A stretch of DNA of 64,000 nt from Promethearchaeota archaeon (GTDB taxonomy: Archaea; Asgardarchaeota; Lokiarchaeia; Sigyniarchaeales; SOKP01): assembly GCA_048938005.1 (NCBI GenBank), contig JBHLMQ010000006.1, forward strand, positions 32,001-96,000, given 5' to 3'. The notes under the pieces were generated by a model that was not told the DNA's origin, searched no databases, and saw only the letters and a list, made by a program, of their open reading frames with translations. Below are positions 61,455 to 64,000 of the stretch, one piece after another (within the stretch, counting starts at the first letter, position 1; each line of letters starts with the position of its first letter). Made by a program: the position numbers and the translations under genes.

Positions 61455-62573
61455 TTATTTATTTTTTAGTTTATTTTTTTCCACTAGAATCATATTGTAA
61501 AGATCATCCATAGTTTGAGGAGGAACATATTGTTCTTCCTTTTTCTGAAGTGATATAGCTTCAGAAGGACATACAGCAACACAATTCCCGCAACCAATAC
61601 ATCGCTTTCTTTCTATTGAAGAAATGTCATCCTTTAATGTTATAGCTTTTAACTGGCATCGATCGATACATGTTTCACATCCGGTGCATAAATCAGGATC
61701 TACTTCAGCATAATAATTAGAAACCACATAATTTGCAGGATCTGGTACTTTTAATAAACCTCCTATCCCTCCATCACAACAATAGCAGCAACTACATATA
61801 AAGTCTATGTTTTGAGCATTATTTGGTCGAAAAATCAAGCCCTCTTCCTGATTTTGGTGTAATATTTTAAGAGTTTCTTCTTTGCTAATTTGGGTACCCC
61901 ATCCCTGATCAATATAATGTTGAGCCATATTCCCGAAGGTAATACAATTACTTTTGTGATTAGTCATTTTACATGGTTCTCCGTGGATTTCCATTTCTTG
62001 ACGGCAAATACAATTAACTTTAAGAAAAGGACCTTCATGTTTTTCTATGATTTTTTTTACATTATCATAAGGGGCAATATAATGCTCTGGTATAATGTCA
62101 ATATCAACTGGAATAATACGCAACTGCCCATAATCCGTTGGGTTAGCTTTTTCTCGCCATATTTCACTTAAATACTCATTTAAATCCTTTAAAAATTCCT
62201 TCGTAAGACTATTAACTTGGTATTCATACATACCGACTATTAATGGTGCAGTACCGAAAAATTTCTTATTTTCAACTCGTTTAGATATGATGGAACCCTT
62301 TTTTGCCATGATATCCAAAATTTTTTCTAATTCTTTTAAAGTTATTCCCGTATTCTTAGTTTGTTCATAAATTTGATCTAATGCCTCTATATCTCTATAC
62401 CAGCCAAAATTTAAAAATGTAGCAATTTTGGCTTCTTCAGGTGTAAAAAGATGCCTTAGAACGCGAATGTCTGATCCTGATTCTGCGCGAGGGAATCCAA
62501 TTGGCATTTGATCTAGATGCTTTTGTAATTTTCTATAAACATCAAGATCCTCAACATTATTTCCTTCAGCCAT
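61455..62573 (-). CDS. wHTH + Cys-rich + 2x[4Fe-4S] protein, paralog of 24635..25732
   Basis: LFTPEEA, GMYEY, CICRQ, CSCCYCC, CTGCETC, CIGCGNC. Confidence 0.87.
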   Translation of the reverse strand: MAEGNNVEDLDVYRKLQKHLDQMPIGFPRAESGSDIRVLRHLFTPEEAKIATFLNFGWYRDIEALDQIYEQTKNTGITLKELEKILDIMAKKGSIISKRVENKKFFGTAPLIVGMYEYQVNSLTKEFLKDLNEYLSEIWREKANPTDYGQLRIIPVDIDIIPEHYIAPYDNVKKIIEKHEGPFLKVNCICRQEMEIHGEPCKMTNHKSNCITFGNMAQHYIDQGWGTQISKEETLKILHQNQEEGLIFRPNNAQNIDFICSCCYCCDGGIGGLLKVPDPANYVVSNYYAEVDPDLCTGCETCIDRCQLKAITLKDDISSIERKRCIGCGNCVAVCPSEAISLQKKEEQYVPPQTMDDLYNMILVEKNKLKNK

Positions 62574-62774
62574 ATTTTATTCATCCTAGTAATATTCGAT
62601 TTACAAATTACGTAATATTCTTAGTCTGCTTTTTATAAATTCTTTTTCATTTTGAAAAAGAAGATGAGCTCAACTAGAACTAATTAATAAAAATTCTAAA
62701 AAAGTTGAATTATGTAAATTTTATCCATGTCTTACATAAATAAATAAAAAATATAAGAAAAAAATGTAATAAAT

Positions 62775-64000
62775 TTATTTCTTCTTCCTTTTAGGCTCAA
62801 TTTTCTTAATTATAATTGATTCTGCGTGGATCTTGCAGTTTTTAAGGATTACTTTAAAACCTCCAGCACCACCTACTCCAGGGATTGTCATTCCAACAGT
62901 TCCCATTGGAACCATCGCACCCTCTTCTTCCCATTCCTCTTCTACTTCTTCTACACCACCAATAACAGCCTTAAACTCTTCAGTTTCTATAATTGGATGA
63001 CCAACTTTTTCCAACCATGATGGTAATTCACTCAAATCAGAAACATCCTCTTCAGTTGCAATTTTATCCCTTAAATCTTCTGGAAGGAATTCATATACTC
63101 GATCCTTAACTGTTTTACCCATCCATACGATTGTATAAATTCCTCCATCCAATCCTGATTTTATACCATCATATTTCTGGTATTTAGGTGAAATAATGTA
63201 TTGTATGCTTATACCGTTAAAACCAGGCATTTGTTTTCCTCCACCTGTCTGATTAGCCATTGCACTAAAAGGTAAACCATTAATAGCAACTCCATCAAAA
63301 CTTCTATCGATAATTCCATGACCTGCTCCTGTCTCTGGAATAAAGAAATCAATTGCTTCAAAACAACCGCATGAGGTATGGGGATATTCCATTCCCGAAT
63401 AAAGATAAATTCTATTGATTTCTCCTAGTGATCGCTTTTTTATCATCTCGTTAACTCCAGAAAATTCACCCGCTAATTCGTTTAAACATTCACCCATTGG
63501 AACTTCAAAAAGAGGTCCTTTCGGATCGACTCTAGCTGCAGCTCTTGCATCAAACCATGAAATAGAGCCACATAAACTCATCCGATTTGGTGTTATGCAA
63601 CAAGCATGAGTCGGAGCGAAACTCTGACATAAAACACACCCATAAAACATATCAACATCTTCATCATTGATGCTTCGGGCTCTTTCATCTCTTTTCTTAT
63701 AAATTTCTAATGCAAAATCATATGGTTCTTTAATTTTTTCAGGATCAGTATAGAATGTAACTTGAGCTTTTTTAATAATTGGAAGTTCAGCTTTATACAG
63801 TCTAATTAAAATAGTTCCAAGCATCTGAAAATTATCAAATCCTTTTTCTACAGCAGATTTAGAAATTCGCATCCAATTGGTATATCTTTGGTTTAAATGC
63901 ATTATTCCATTTACAAAATTGCAAAACTCATGAACCCTCCTTTCAAATACAGCTTCTAAATCTTCTTCAAGCTCAGGTCCGGCAACTTCTACCAAAATTC
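62775..64000 (-). CDS. cdhC: CO dehydrogenase/acetyl-CoA synthase beta subunit (5' end outside window)
   Basis: ERRVHEF.N...G.MHLNQR, CVLCQSFAPTH, SLCG, PHTSCGCFE, archaeal KVILKN..IHAE tail. Confidence 0.95.
   Translation of the reverse strand, partial: ILVEVAGPELEEDLEAVFERRVHEFCNFVNGIMHLNQRYTNWMRISKSAVEKGFDNFQMLGTILIRLYKAELPIIKKAQVTFYTDPEKIKEPYDFALEIYKKRDERARSINDEDVDMFYGCVLCQSFAPTHACCITPNRMSLCGSISWFDARAAARVDPKGPLFEVPMGECLNELAGEFSGVNEMIKKRSLGEINRIYLYSGMEYPHTSCGCFEAIDFFIPETGAGHGIIDRSFDGVAINGLPFSAMANQTGGGKQMPGFNGISIQYIISPKYQKYDGIKSGLDGGIYTIVWMGKTVKDRVYEFLPEDLRDKIATEEDVSDLSELPSWLEKVGHPIIETEEFKAVIGGVEEVEEEWEEEGAMVPMGTVGMTIPGVGGAGGFKVILKNCKIHAESIIIKKIEPKRKKK

Overview
Low-GC (roughly 28% by eye), gene-dense archaeal chromosomal segment. 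Gene content points to an Asgard archaeon of the Lokiarchaeia type (inference): PolB1-type polymerase, tetraether synthase homolog, CdhC, a longin-like protein, a stand-alone 7TM protein and duplicated wHTH-4Fe-4S proteins. It carries a liv-type ABC operon with HEAT-repeat genes, a 2844-aa almost entirely transmembrane protein, a 12.5-kb phosphate cluster, tRNA-Thr(TGT) with a 30-nt D-arm intron, and lipid and NAD-salvage genes. The phosphate cluster comprises an AbrB-PhoU regulator, three DUF47 genes, PiT, an atypical ABC importer and an alkaline-phosphatase-family enzyme. The main signals not explained by the ORF track are: (1) a ~230-nt multi-stem, pseudoknot-capable RNA leader at 20951-21181 before a 59-aa CTG-initiated ORF; (2) CTATATAG repeats with 9-10 bp period, seen only upstream of the phosphate genes; (3) several genes that appear to start at ATA/ATT/CTG; (4) a perfect Bacillus-FadR-like palindrome beside a TetR gene. 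No CRISPR array, transposase or integrase was seen. All calls were made by eye, without database searches.
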